Positions 53,107-63,156 are shown, counted from the stretch's first letter. The stretch is 64,000 nucleotides of DNA from Escherichia coli (GCF_044324875.1 NZ_CP172185.1); one strand, 5' to 3'. Made by a program: numbers and translations. Notes: generated by a model from the letters alone, not told the origin.

Positions 53107-55004
53107 ACACCTCTTTATTTGAAGATCTACTTACACTAATCAAGAAAAAGAGTTCGATAAGAAATACAGAACAAGCAGTAGAGCTAATTTCATTATTTAT
53201 TTTTTTACATTATATAAAATTATATTTTTATGAAAATGATAAAAGATTCTCAGATATAAAAAACATATCAAGCAACAACATTAATGAAATTAAATATTAT
53301 TACCAGCAACTATATGAAAGCTTTATTTTATCGATAGATATAAAAAATATAAACCACGACATGCTTGAAAATCTCAGGAGCAAGATAGGTTTTTTAATTA
53401 ATAACATCAATAACCATGAAATAATCAAATATATAGATTATTCTCTTTCGCATATACATTCACTTACAGAGTTCTATCAATATGCAAATTCTTATCAATC
53501 TTTAATTCTTAGGATGGTTAATGAATCGGGTCGTTCAGGGGAATATGTTACTCCATCTGCTTTAGTTCAGCTCATGGTTGAAATGTTATCACCTACAGAT
53601 GGCACATCAATCTACGACCCAGCATGTGGAACTGGGGGTTTATTAATAGAGTCAGCACGATATATTAAAGGCAACAGTTTAAACAAAAACTTTAATTATT
53701 CCCTTATTGGTAATGACACATCATCATTTGCCTGTCTAATCTCAATTGTTAACCTTTTAATCAATAAAGAATTTAACTTTGAAATAATACTAAAAGATAG
53801 CTTAGATATAAATTATAAGAATAAAAAATATGACTTTGTTTTAACTAACCCACCATTTGGGAAAAAGAGCGGTTGGGATAATATTCATATTGACACACAT
53901 TATAAAGGACCTAATCTAGACTATTACTTCCTGGAGCATGTTATTGACTCTCTCGCTGTTAATGGCAAAGCAGCCATAATATTACCAGAGCGTTTTTTAT
54001 ATGATGTGAGTAAAGAGTGCATCACTCTTAAAGATAAGATCTTCCAAAATTATAATTTAGATTGTATTTTATCTATACCGTCAGGTGCATTGCTTCCTTA
54101 CACTGCAGTAAAATTATGTATTCTTTTTATAAGTAATTCTGGCCCAACAGATAGAATATTTTTCTACAATTTAAATAATGGTAAAAAATACTCACGTACA
54201 AATACTATAAAATTCGATGATTTTATAGATTTTTTAGAGTCAGCAAAAAATAGAACAATAACTGAACACTCCTGGATTATCAATATTAGTGATACACCTT
54301 CATCTTATAACTTACTCTTAAAAGATAAAGAGCGAAACTCATATGAGTTTCTTAGTGATTCTATAGTTAACATTGAACAGACAATACGTAATAATGAATT
54401 GTTACTAACCGAGTTGTCTTTATTAAGAGAAAAAATAGAGATCTTAGAGTCAACAATAAAAAATCATTCGCATGAATATGAATTTGAGAGACTTAAAGTT
54501 GGAAATATTGCATTAGTAAAATCCGGAAATTTATTACAAAAAAATAGACTATTATCCACTGGGCCAATTCCTGTATATGGTGGGAATGGAGTTATTGGAT
54601 ATAATTATGAGGCAATGGAAAATGGTGAAAATATTATTATTGGTAAGGTCGGAGCTCTTTGCGGAAACGTTCGGTATGTTCAAGGTGATATTTGGGTGAC
54701 AAATAACTCATTAATTATTAAGAATTATTTACCAAATAAAGTTTTAACACCCTACCTTGCAAAGTTATTATCTACTTTAAACTTAAGAAAGCTCGCCGTT
54801 GGTACCGCTCAACAATATTTAACCACAACACAAATAAAAAATGTAGAAATTAACATTCCACCTTTAACGACCCAGCATAAATTAAATATGTGGCTTGATG
54901 AGTTAGATAATACCCTTGAACAATATAATAAGCTCATTGAAAAAATAATGAATGATAAGCGAGAACTTAAAGAGAATTTGTATAAAGGTCTTTTAATAGA
55001 ATAG
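53103..55004 (+). CDS. Fused N6-adenine DNA methyltransferase + single target-recognition domain (HsdM-HsdS-like fusion)
   Basis: 633 aa; GEYVTP and YDPACGTGGLL (SAM binding), NPPFG (catalytic motif IV); C-terminal 170 aa has the HsdS TRD signature PVYGGNGVIGY...GKVGALCGNVRYV plus a conserved coiled helix; very AT-rich. Confidence 0.8.
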   Translation: MNTSLFEDLLTLIKKKSSIRNTEQAVELISLFIFLHYIKLYFYENDKRFSDIKNISSNNINEIKYYYQQLYESFILSIDIKNINHDMLENLRSKIGFLINNINNHEIIKYIDYSLSHIHSLTEFYQYANSYQSLILRMVNESGRSGEYVTPSALVQLMVEMLSPTDGTSIYDPACGTGGLLIESARYIKGNSLNKNFNYSLIGNDTSSFACLISIVNLLINKEFNFEIILKDSLDINYKNKKYDFVLTNPPFGKKSGWDNIHIDTHYKGPNLDYYFLEHVIDSLAVNGKAAIILPERFLYDVSKECITLKDKIFQNYNLDCILSIPSGALLPYTAVKLCILFISNSGPTDRIFFYNLNNGKKYSRTNTIKFDDFIDFLESAKNRTITEHSWIINISDTPSSYNLLLKDKERNSYEFLSDSIVNIEQTIRNNELLLTELSLLREKIEILESTIKNHSHEYEFERLKVGNIALVKSGNLLQKNRLLSTGPIPVYGGNGVIGYNYEAMENGENIIIGKVGALCGNVRYVQGDIWVTNNSLIIKNYLPNKVLTPYLAKLLSTLNLRKLAVGTAQQYLTTTQIKNVEINIPPLTTQHKLNMWLDELDNTLEQYNKLIEKIMNDKRELKENLYKGLLIE

Positions 55005-55012
55005 ATCACAAT

Positions 55013-55039
55013 AGCAGGGTGTCCATAAAACACCCTGCT
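55013..55039. terminator. Hairpin between convergent genes (agcagggtg-N9-caccctgct)
   Basis: 9-bp inverted repeat in the 80-bp gap between the MTase-fusion stop and the hsdR stop. Confidence 0.45.
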
Positions 55040-55084
55040 ACTGGTTGCAAGTAAGTTGCAATATCTGTACTGCTGAAGCTACTA

Positions 55085-58000
55085 TTAATAATGCTCCTCA
55101 ATATACCCATACGCCTTCTGGAACAACTCTTTATCTTTCCCTAGTCCAAACTGGGCCAAGGTCAGTAAAAGCGCCTTTTGGATTTCGCGCGGGCCACTGT
55201 TGGAATTTTGCCAGCCATCAAAGCGGGTAGCTTTCACAATTTTATCAATTTGCTCTACAACATCACCGATTAACTTAGGGGTAGTTTCCGGACGTGTTTC
55301 GAGGAAAAGCTTAGTCAACGCCTGTTTATTATCAGCTTCAGTTACTGGGCGCTCGCCCGTTTCGCGCTCGGCTTGAACGGTATCTTTCGCTGCATCCAAC
55401 AGGCCTTTCAACCAGTCAATGGCCTTGATAACACCAGCTTCATAGTCCTGACGCAGTTTTTCAAGGCGCTCGCCCAATGCCACAAATTTAGGATCATGAC
55501 TGCCGCGCAAACGTCCCATAAGATCAATCTCCAGGCGTTTGGCACGTTGTTCCTGCTCTTTAGCGGTCAGGGTAAAAATAGCGTGCTCGTCCATAACCAA
55601 CTCGTCAATATCATCGCGAATACGATTGATATCAGTATGCTCATGGATCATCTTGATTGTTTCGGGGCCAAGGGCAGCCCAAACAAGCGCACCTGTCTGC
55701 CCTACCGGACGCACCGATTCATAAATTTGCGCCAGCCATTTATAGTCCTGACGATAAGAGGTCAAAAAAGGATCTGGGTTGATAGCTGACCATAACTTGG
55801 ATAACACACCAAAGCTGGCAGCGAATTCATCGCGTTTCTCGTTGGTCGGCAGGCATTCCTGCGCGGCCATAATACCTTCAAAACCAGCTATGGACCGATC
55901 CACACCAGGGAAGAAGGACAAACATTTATTCAGTTGTAACGGCAATAGCTCTTTAAATGCCTCAATTCCCTCTACAACTCCTTCAATTTCTTCAGGGTTA
56001 TAGGCCAGAGCGGTACGCAGATTTTCGAAAACGCCGAGGTAGTCGATAATTAATCCCATGTCCTTGCGTACAGTATCGGTTTCGTACAACCGGTTGGTTC
56101 GGCACATGGCCTGAAGAAGAGTATGATCGCGTAGAGGCTTATCGAGGTACATGCAGTAGCAAATCGGGGCATCAAAGCCCGTAAGCAGCTTGGCGGTTAC
56201 GATAATAAGCTGTAATGGATGTTCAGGATCTTTAAAGCATTCAATCAGATCCTTTTGCACCTGTTCTTCGGCATCAATGTGCTGCCAGCGTTCAAAATCG
56301 ACTTGTTTGACTGGCAGCTCCAACTCATCATGCCATTTAAGCCAATCCTTGTTGAGCTTGTCTTTTTTGCCACCCTCTTCAACTTTAACCGGAGCCTGGT
56401 CAACGTTCATAACCACTTCAACCGCATCAAAACCAAGCTTTTCACCGAGCAAATAATACATCTGCACACAGGCTTCGCGATCGTATACCACAACCATGCC
56501 TTTCATCTTTTTCGGCATAACATGGTTGGTAAAATGCTCAGCAATATCATTACTCACCGCAGCCATACGCCTAGGGGATTTCAGCATGATTGCCAGCTTG
56601 CCTGCACGCCTGGACAATGCTGCTTTTTCTTCTTCATCCAGGTTGTTTTCGGTAGCCAGTTGCTCGAACTCTTCATTGATGGCATCACGATCCACTCGGA
56701 GTTCAGCCAGCCGAGGTTCGAACTTCACCGGGTTAGTTGCGCCATCCCGGATCGACTGCTTATAGCTATAGCGGCTCATATAGCGACCCGGATCTTCTTC
56801 GGCACCGAACAATTTGAACGTATTACGATCAATGCCAGAAATCGGAGTACCTGTCAGGCCATAGAAGTGGGCATTGGGCAACGCCCAGCGCATTTTCTCG
56901 CCTAATCCCCCTTCCTGTGTACGGTGAGCTTCGTCAACCAACACAATGATATTGTCACGGTTGTTCAGGCCATTAGGGTTGCTATCGTCAATTTCGATAT
57001 CTTTAAATTTAAAGATGGTGGTGATTAAAATGCCACGGCTGTCTTGTTCAATGTATTCACCCAGCTTTTTGCAGCTTTGCACTTTAATCAGATTCTTAAC
57101 GTCGGCTCCACCAAAGGTCTCGTTAATTTGGCTGTCCAGATCTCGCCGGTCCACAACGATAAGTACCGTCGGGTTTTTTAACGCATTATCGGCACGTAGC
57201 ATTTTGGCGGCGTAAAGCATCAACAAGGATTTACCCGATCCCTGGAAATGCCAAATAAGACCTTTTTTTGGATAGCCTCTGCGAACACGCTCAACGATTT
57301 GTTTTGCTGCTTCAAATTGCGGATAACGCGGCAAGATTTTAACGCGTTTAGGTGGAGTATTTTTGCCCGTTTTGACGGTTGAAAATAATGCGAAAGATTC
57401 CAGTAACTGCAATAAGGTTTGCGGATTTAACAAACTCTCACAGCTATTGAGTACCGATGCTAATCCCGGCAGAATCTCATCACGAAGCTCAGTATTATGC
57501 CAGGGTCCCCAGTCTTTAACTCGGGCATTAATGGCACCATAGGCAAAGGTTTTTCCTTCGCTGGCAAAGCACAGCAAGTTAGGTACAAAGAAAGATTCAA
57601 CATTTTTCCAGTAGTACTTTTTGCCACCCATGAAATCGGCAGCACCGTCTTGCCAGGTCACGCTGGGGCGTGTTGCGGTTTTAACTTCGCCCACTACTAG
57701 CGGTATGCCGTTCACATAAAGAACAATATCAAAATAGACTTCAGTGGCCGCGATATAGCGAACCTGCTGCGCCACCACAAAGTGGTTGTTCTCTATATTG
57801 TCAAAATCAATCAGATTGATGGTGATATGGTCGCCATTCTTACCAAAAGGCAAGGTTTTGTCGGCCATCAACCATTCCTGGAAGTTTTCATTGGCCTTTA
57901 CCAAGCCGGTATGGCGGGCTTCTAAAACCACTCCTCGCAGTTTGTAAATGACCTCATCGGCATAGTCAGGCTGTCTGCCGATATCAGGGTTTAACGAACA

Positions 58001-58147
58001 AAGCGCGTCTTTTAGCCACTCATCAACGAAGATATCCTGCGCTTGTTTAGGCAGGTTTTCACCGTGGCAGTAAGTCCACTTGACTCCGCTTAAACCTTTT
58101 AAACGGTCGATAATTCCATTTTCTGTGACGGTTTGTTCGTTAAACAT
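55085..58147 (-). CDS. hsdR: Type I R-M restriction subunit (HsdR)
   Basis: 1020 aa; nuclease motif GEVKTA, Walker A QGSGKSLLM, DEAH box VDEAHRTQ. Confidence 0.9.
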   Translation of the reverse strand: MFNEQTVTENGIIDRLKGLSGVKWTYCHGENLPKQAQDIFVDEWLKDALCSLNPDIGRQPDYADEVIYKLRGVVLEARHTGLVKANENFQEWLMADKTLPFGKNGDHITINLIDFDNIENNHFVVAQQVRYIAATEVYFDIVLYVNGIPLVVGEVKTATRPSVTWQDGAADFMGGKKYYWKNVESFFVPNLLCFASEGKTFAYGAINARVKDWGPWHNTELRDEILPGLASVLNSCESLLNPQTLLQLLESFALFSTVKTGKNTPPKRVKILPRYPQFEAAKQIVERVRRGYPKKGLIWHFQGSGKSLLMLYAAKMLRADNALKNPTVLIVVDRRDLDSQINETFGGADVKNLIKVQSCKKLGEYIEQDSRGILITTIFKFKDIEIDDSNPNGLNNRDNIIVLVDEAHRTQEGGLGEKMRWALPNAHFYGLTGTPISGIDRNTFKLFGAEEDPGRYMSRYSYKQSIRDGATNPVKFEPRLAELRVDRDAINEEFEQLATENNLDEEEKAALSRRAGKLAIMLKSPRRMAAVSNDIAEHFTNHVMPKKMKGMVVVYDREACVQMYYLLGEKLGFDAVEVVMNVDQAPVKVEEGGKKDKLNKDWLKWHDELELPVKQVDFERWQHIDAEEQVQKDLIECFKDPEHPLQLIIVTAKLLTGFDAPICYCMYLDKPLRDHTLLQAMCRTNRLYETDTVRKDMGLIIDYLGVFENLRTALAYNPEEIEGVVEGIEAFKELLPLQLNKCLSFFPGVDRSIAGFEGIMAAQECLPTNEKRDEFAASFGVLSKLWSAINPDPFLTSYRQDYKWLAQIYESVRPVGQTGALVWAALGPETIKMIHEHTDINRIRDDIDELVMDEHAIFTLTAKEQEQRAKRLEIDLMGRLRGSHDPKFVALGERLEKLRQDYEAGVIKAIDWLKGLLDAAKDTVQAERETGERPVTEADNKQALTKLFLETRPETTPKLIGDVVEQIDKIVKATRFDGWQNSNSGPREIQKALLLTLAQFGLGKDKELFQKAYGYIEEHY

Positions 58148-58151
58148 ATAG

Positions 58152-59306
58152 TCAAACTCCTAGAAGCTCATATATTAATGCTTGTCTAAGATTAAAATAA
58201 TGTTCTTTTTTATCTCTCAGCACCTTCAATATTTTCTCGAGCGATTCCAATTTTTTTACTAAAATATCTGAGTCAGTAAATAATTTATTATGAATGAAGA
58301 TATCATCAAAAACTCTTACTGTTACTCTTTGCCTACCTGAAGTGCCTTCCATGTGATGAAGAGCATAATGCCTAAATTTCTTTGTTTTGATTATGTAATA
58401 ACCAAGTTTCTTTAGAAAATGATCTTCAAATTTTGATCTCATCACTATAAACTCAGTGGATCCCACAGCTATACTCTCTTCTGCAAGAAAATCAACAAAT
58501 GCTGCCTTACCATTTTCAAAACAAGGTGTGATTCTAGCCAAAAGGATATCATCTTTTCTAAATTTCATACCAGAAGATTTTCCTGACTTAGTTTCTCCTT
58601 TATAGTCTATATATGGAAGTTCAACATCTAAAGATGCCATATCAACATATGGTATTATTTCATCCACTGACCCAATCTTTGGATTAATTAAAAAAGAATC
58701 ACTTAATGAACTCCAGTCATTCTTTTTCCCAGCTGATGTTGTCGCCAGATAAATACCTACTTCAGCATCTATAACATCCTGATATAACTTTCTTACCGAT
58801 AATATAGTTTCATTAAGATGCATATAGCATTCATGGAATTTGTCAAGAATAACTAAGGCACTATTTTGTTTTTCTCTATCGAGAATATTAAATTTAAAGC
58901 TTACAACATCCTTCCATCTAATATGCTTATTAGTTGAACCAATAGTATTTTTTAACGTATGCTCAGCAAAACTTTCAGATTGAAAGATATATGGAAGCAA
59001 TCGACTTTCAAAACCATGATATTGCTTTGGCGTACATACAATAACCTTCTCACCACAATATCCTTCTCTATCAGCTATCGCGACTTTTCTTAACTGCGGA
59101 TTTCTAGTTAGATAAAGTATGTCTCCTGGGCTAAATTTCTTCCCAAAAGTTGGCCCCATATCATCAGGGGCGATTCCGTAGCGAGAGAAAAATATTTCAC
59201 AATTATCAAAGTCTTCTCCTCTTACACAATATTTAACATTAGGATCTAAATTATTCTTCTCCCATATGTTTTTTTCTTTTACTAAGTCAGAAAGAGTAAT
59301 CTTCAT
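58152..59306 (-). CDS. hsdS: Type I R-M specificity subunit (HsdS)
   Basis: 384 aa; TRD motif RITPCFENGKAAFV and TSGRQRV; AT-rich; start overlaps stop of upstream hsdM paralogue (ATGA). Confidence 0.85.
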   Translation of the reverse strand: MKITLSDLVKEKNIWEKNNLDPNVKYCVRGEDFDNCEIFFSRYGIAPDDMGPTFGKKFSPGDILYLTRNPQLRKVAIADREGYCGEKVIVCTPKQYHGFESRLLPYIFQSESFAEHTLKNTIGSTNKHIRWKDVVSFKFNILDREKQNSALVILDKFHECYMHLNETILSVRKLYQDVIDAEVGIYLATTSAGKKNDWSSLSDSFLINPKIGSVDEIIPYVDMASLDVELPYIDYKGETKSGKSSGMKFRKDDILLARITPCFENGKAAFVDFLAEESIAVGSTEFIVMRSKFEDHFLKKLGYYIIKTKKFRHYALHHMEGTSGRQRVTVRVFDDIFIHNKLFTDSDILVKKLESLEKILKVLRDKKEHYFNLRQALIYELLGV

Positions 59307-60766
59307 ATCTTTCCTCCATTAAAAAAGTAAGAAGAGTTCATATTCAATTCTTTTCTAAACGATTGCCATTTACTTATCTCCCTTGAGAGATTTAAATCTT
59401 TAAATTCTTTTTCTATATACACAGGAACATTTAGATTAAAATCGTTATCTTCGACTTCCTCGATAGAGGCTATATACGTAGTAATATTAGAGACATCCTT
59501 CAAACTAATGTAAGAGTTATAGATATTCATTATATTAATATCATTTAAATAAGCATGATTCCTAGTGGTAATAAGTTCATCATAGGCATTTATAAATAAT
59601 ATTTTCCCTTTTAGCTCAGTTCGTTTATTGCAATTCAACAAAATAATACATGCCGGCATAGGTGAATTATAAAACAATCCAGGGCCAAGACTAATTACAC
59701 ATTCAATAATATCTGTTTGAATAATTTTTTCTCTGAGCTGTTTCTCACTTTCTCTGAAGAGAACTCCATTTGGCCAGAGCATAGCTGCGCGACCAGTATC
59801 AGGCTTCAGGCTTTTAATTATATGGGTATAAAACGCATAATCAGCACAGCCCTGCGGTGGTACACCATAAAGATTACGACCATACGGATCAGCGGCAAAC
59901 TTGTCACGATTCCATTTCTTAATGGAGTACGGTGGGTTAGCAAAAATCACATCAAACTGCTTGAGCCGATCGTTTTCAATAAACTTTGGTTCAGCCAGAG
60001 TATCACCGCGCAGCACATCAAATTCTTCAATATCGTGCAGGAACATATTCATACGAGCAATAGCGGAAGTCAGCAGGTTCACTTCCTGGCCATAAAGGTG
60101 CACAGAGCGCCACTCTTCTCCTCTTGCACGAAGATCCATCACTGCATTTAGCAACATCCCTCCAGTGCCACACGTTGGATCATAGGCTGTTTCACCCGGT
60201 TTTAAGCCCATAATGCGCGTCATTAAATGCACGACTGTTCGGTTGGTGTAGAACTCTGCTGCCGTATGACCGGAATCATCAGCGAACTTTTTAATCAGGT
60301 ATTCGTAGGCTTCACCAAGATCATCCTGGGCGACAGATTTAATGCCGAGCGGAATTTTACTGAAATGTTCAATCAGATCAGCCAGCAGATGATCGGGAAG
60401 GCGCTCTTTATTGGTCCACTGTGCATCACCGAAGACGCCATGTAAACGCGGGTTATTGGCTTCAATTAGTCGAAGCGCATTCTGGATCGCTTCACCAATG
60501 TTTTTACTGGTATTGCGTACCTTTTCCCAACTGGCTTCAGAGGGAATATTGAAACGGTGAAACATCGGCATGGCGGCATATTCAGCATCACCTTCATGGA
60601 GTTCCAGCGCTTCGTTATATTCTTCCAGATAGACATCTGACAGGCGTTTGTAAAACAGCAACGGGAAGATATACTGCTTGTAGTCTGATGCGTCAATTTG
60701 GCCACGAAGAAATTCGGCGGCTCCCCAGAGCAGCTCTTCCAGCTTTTTATTACTCATAGTACTCAT
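59303..60766 (-). CDS. hsdM: Type I R-M methyltransferase subunit, paralogue 2 (divergent HsdM)
   Basis: 487 aa; YDPTCGTGGML, NPPYS; EFYTNR replaces the usual EFYTPR; 3' third is AT-rich; ATGA overlap with paralogue 1 stop. Confidence 0.85.
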   Translation of the reverse strand: MSTMSNKKLEELLWGAAEFLRGQIDASDYKQYIFPLLFYKRLSDVYLEEYNEALELHEGDAEYAAMPMFHRFNIPSEASWEKVRNTSKNIGEAIQNALRLIEANNPRLHGVFGDAQWTNKERLPDHLLADLIEHFSKIPLGIKSVAQDDLGEAYEYLIKKFADDSGHTAAEFYTNRTVVHLMTRIMGLKPGETAYDPTCGTGGMLLNAVMDLRARGEEWRSVHLYGQEVNLLTSAIARMNMFLHDIEEFDVLRGDTLAEPKFIENDRLKQFDVIFANPPYSIKKWNRDKFAADPYGRNLYGVPPQGCADYAFYTHIIKSLKPDTGRAAMLWPNGVLFRESEKQLREKIIQTDIIECVISLGPGLFYNSPMPACIILLNCNKRTELKGKILFINAYDELITTRNHAYLNDINIMNIYNSYISLKDVSNITTYIASIEEVEDNDFNLNVPVYIEKEFKDLNLSREISKWQSFRKELNMNSSYFFNGGKI

Positions 60767-62262
60767 ACCTCGAACCCTTCTTTGATAAGCAGGGCCTCCA
60801 GCTCCTCTTCTGCTTTTTCCAGCTCAGCCAGCTTCCGTTGAAAATCTTTGAGCGCTTCTTCCACAGTAATGGTTTCTTCTTCGAGTGGCTTTTGCACATA
60901 ACGAGCAATATTTAGATTGAAGTCATTTTCTTCAATCTCCTTCAGAGGAACCCAGCGTGCAACGCCTTCGATTTCTTTTGCATCTGGCCCTTGTTGCGCC
61001 TGGTCATGATAGATTTGGTATATTTCATCGGCCTGCTTGTTGGACAGCGTATTCTGCGCACGCCCCTTGGTATAGATTTCTTCAGCATTGATGATCAATA
61101 CATGATCTTTATGCGCTGCCGGACGTGATTTACGCAACACCAAAATACACGCAGGAATCCCAGTCCCATAGAACAGGTTGGAAGCAACACCAATAATCGC
61201 CACAATGCGATTCTCTTGCAGTAATTTGGTTCGAATTGCCCCCTCTGCGCCGCCACGAAACAGCACACCATGAGGTAATACGACAGCCATACGTCCATTG
61301 TCGTTAAGTGAAGCAAACATATGCTGCACCCAGGCAAAATCACCATTTGTTTTAGGCGCCAGGCCATATCGCTTACGGCCATAGGGATCGTTCGACCACA
61401 GATCGTATCCCCATTCTTTCAAGCTAAACGGTGGGTTGGCAACAACGCAGTCAAAGGTTTCTAAACGATCGCTTTTTAAAAATTTAGGTTCGCGTAACGT
61501 ATCCCCTCGGACAATATCGAAATCTTCCTGTCCATGCAGGAACAGATTCATACGCGCAATAGCTTCCGTCGTTAAGTTCTTTTCCTGACCCTTGATTTTT
61601 AGTAAACGCGGATCACCACCATTTTCTTTTACATGGTGGATGGTCTCAAGCAGCATACCACCGGTACCACAGGCGGGATCGTAGACACTCTCACCGGCTT
61701 TTGGATCAAGAATGTTAACCATCAAACGAACGATAGTTCGTGGGGTATAGAACTCACCGGCTTTCTTATTGGCTTTGTCTGCAAAGCGTTTGATCAGATA
61801 CTCGTATGCGCGCCCCATATCATCGTCACGGACACTAGAAACGCCAAGGTTCACCTTATTGAAGTGATTGAGTAACGTAGCCAGTAACTCATCAGAAAGG
61901 CGTTCTTTATTGGTCCAGCTGGCATCGCCAAAAATGCCATGCAGTTTAGGGTTTGCCAGTTCTATACCACGGAAGGACTCTTTTAAAGCCTGACCGATGT
62001 CCTTGGTCTCAGCGAAAACATCGCGCCAGTGGCAATTTTCAGGTATCTGAATACGGTGAAACATCTTGCCCTTGGCAAGCTCTGCATCCCCAATGCTCTC
62101 CATCGCATCGGCAAATTCTTCGTCATACACGTCACAAATGCGCTTGAAGAACAGGATGGGGAAAATGTACGTTTTGTAATCTGACGCATCAATGGGCCCT
62201 GTAATAATATGGGCTGCATGCCATAGATGGGCCTCGAGATCTTTTAGGTTAATCAGTGTCAT
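60763..62262 (-). CDS. hsdM: Type I R-M methyltransferase subunit, paralogue 1 (canonical HsdM)
   Basis: Track ORF 60763..62364; start moved to MTLINLKDLEAHLW (AAGAGA RBS upstream), 499 aa; EFYTPR, YDPACGTGGML, NPPFS. Confidence 0.85.
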   Translation of the reverse strand: MTLINLKDLEAHLWHAAHIITGPIDASDYKTYIFPILFFKRICDVYDEEFADAMESIGDAELAKGKMFHRIQIPENCHWRDVFAETKDIGQALKESFRGIELANPKLHGIFGDASWTNKERLSDELLATLLNHFNKVNLGVSSVRDDDMGRAYEYLIKRFADKANKKAGEFYTPRTIVRLMVNILDPKAGESVYDPACGTGGMLLETIHHVKENGGDPRLLKIKGQEKNLTTEAIARMNLFLHGQEDFDIVRGDTLREPKFLKSDRLETFDCVVANPPFSLKEWGYDLWSNDPYGRKRYGLAPKTNGDFAWVQHMFASLNDNGRMAVVLPHGVLFRGGAEGAIRTKLLQENRIVAIIGVASNLFYGTGIPACILVLRKSRPAAHKDHVLIINAEEIYTKGRAQNTLSNKQADEIYQIYHDQAQQGPDAKEIEGVARWVPLKEIEENDFNLNIARYVQKPLEEETITVEEALKDFQRKLAELEKAEEELEALLIKEGFEV

Positions 62263-62505
62263 TGTTGTCTCTTTTCGATCCTGCAGTGCTTGAACTCTCA
62301 GCAACTCATGGATTTCACAGTAAAAAAGCAAGTAAAGCGATTCCACAACCACCTGAGCGTTCAATATGTATGACGCCTTTACCCAAGTTGCTTAAATCAA
62401 GGAAATTGCCTGAGATAATACTCTGGCATCAGAATGATACCAAGTTGAAGGGCTGATTTCCGCATCAATACCTTGTGGTAATAGGGGATTACTCTTTTAC
62501 CCTTA

Positions 62506-63156
62506 TTGGCGCAAAATGGCGGCATTTCCTCATTTCTCCTTCGGAGCATCTTACGCGCTATAACCACTCTCGTTTTTTCCTATTCCCATGCAGATGAAGC
62601 ACTACGCAATGAACTTGAGAAGCATCTCTCCCCGCTGAAGCGAACCGGGAAGATCACAACATGGCACGATCGCCGCATCGTTCCTGGTCAGGAGTTCGAA
62701 CGTCAGATCGACCACTATTTTTCGCAAGCAGATATCATCCTGATCCTGATCAGCAGTGACTTTATTGCTTCTGATTACTGCTATCAGGTAGAGATGAAAA
62801 ACGCACTGGAACGGCATGACCGGGGCGAGGCGGTGGTCATTCCGGTAATTTTAAGAAACTGTGCATGGCATCAGTTAGAATTCGGCAGCATTATGGCGGC
62901 GACTATCGACGGTAAACCCATCACTAAGTTTGCCACCCACGATGAAGGCTACGTTCAGGTCGTCGAGGCTGTCTCGCGTGCCATTGCCCGGATGGAAGCC
63001 AAAAAACCACAGCAAACCATACATATCCCTTCACCGGCTCCGGCGAATCCGATCTTTCAGGGAGTAGATTCCGTTTTTACACCGTGTTCAAGCAACCTTA
63101 TTCTATCTGTTATAGCCAGGATAATGTTGTTCGAAACAGTATTAACGAAACTCTAA
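62506..63156 (+). CDS. TIR-domain protein (possibly disrupted: non-ATG start, 3' frameshift)
   Basis: TIR core LVFSYSHADEALRNELEKHL...ADIILILISSDFIASDYCYQVEMKNALE...VVIPVIL; only an in-frame TTG is available as start (stop at 62482..62484); reading frame changes near 63090..63150 and continues to 63311. Confidence 0.65.
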   Translation: MAQNGGISSFLLRSILRAITTLVFSYSHADEALRNELEKHLSPLKRTGKITTWHDRRIVPGQEFERQIDHYFSQADIILILISSDFIASDYCYQVEMKNALERHDRGEAVVIPVILRNCAWHQLEFGSIMAATIDGKPITKFATHDEGYVQVVEAVSRAIARMEAKKPQQTIHIPSPAPANPIFQGVDSVFTPCSSNLILSVIARIMLFETVLTKL

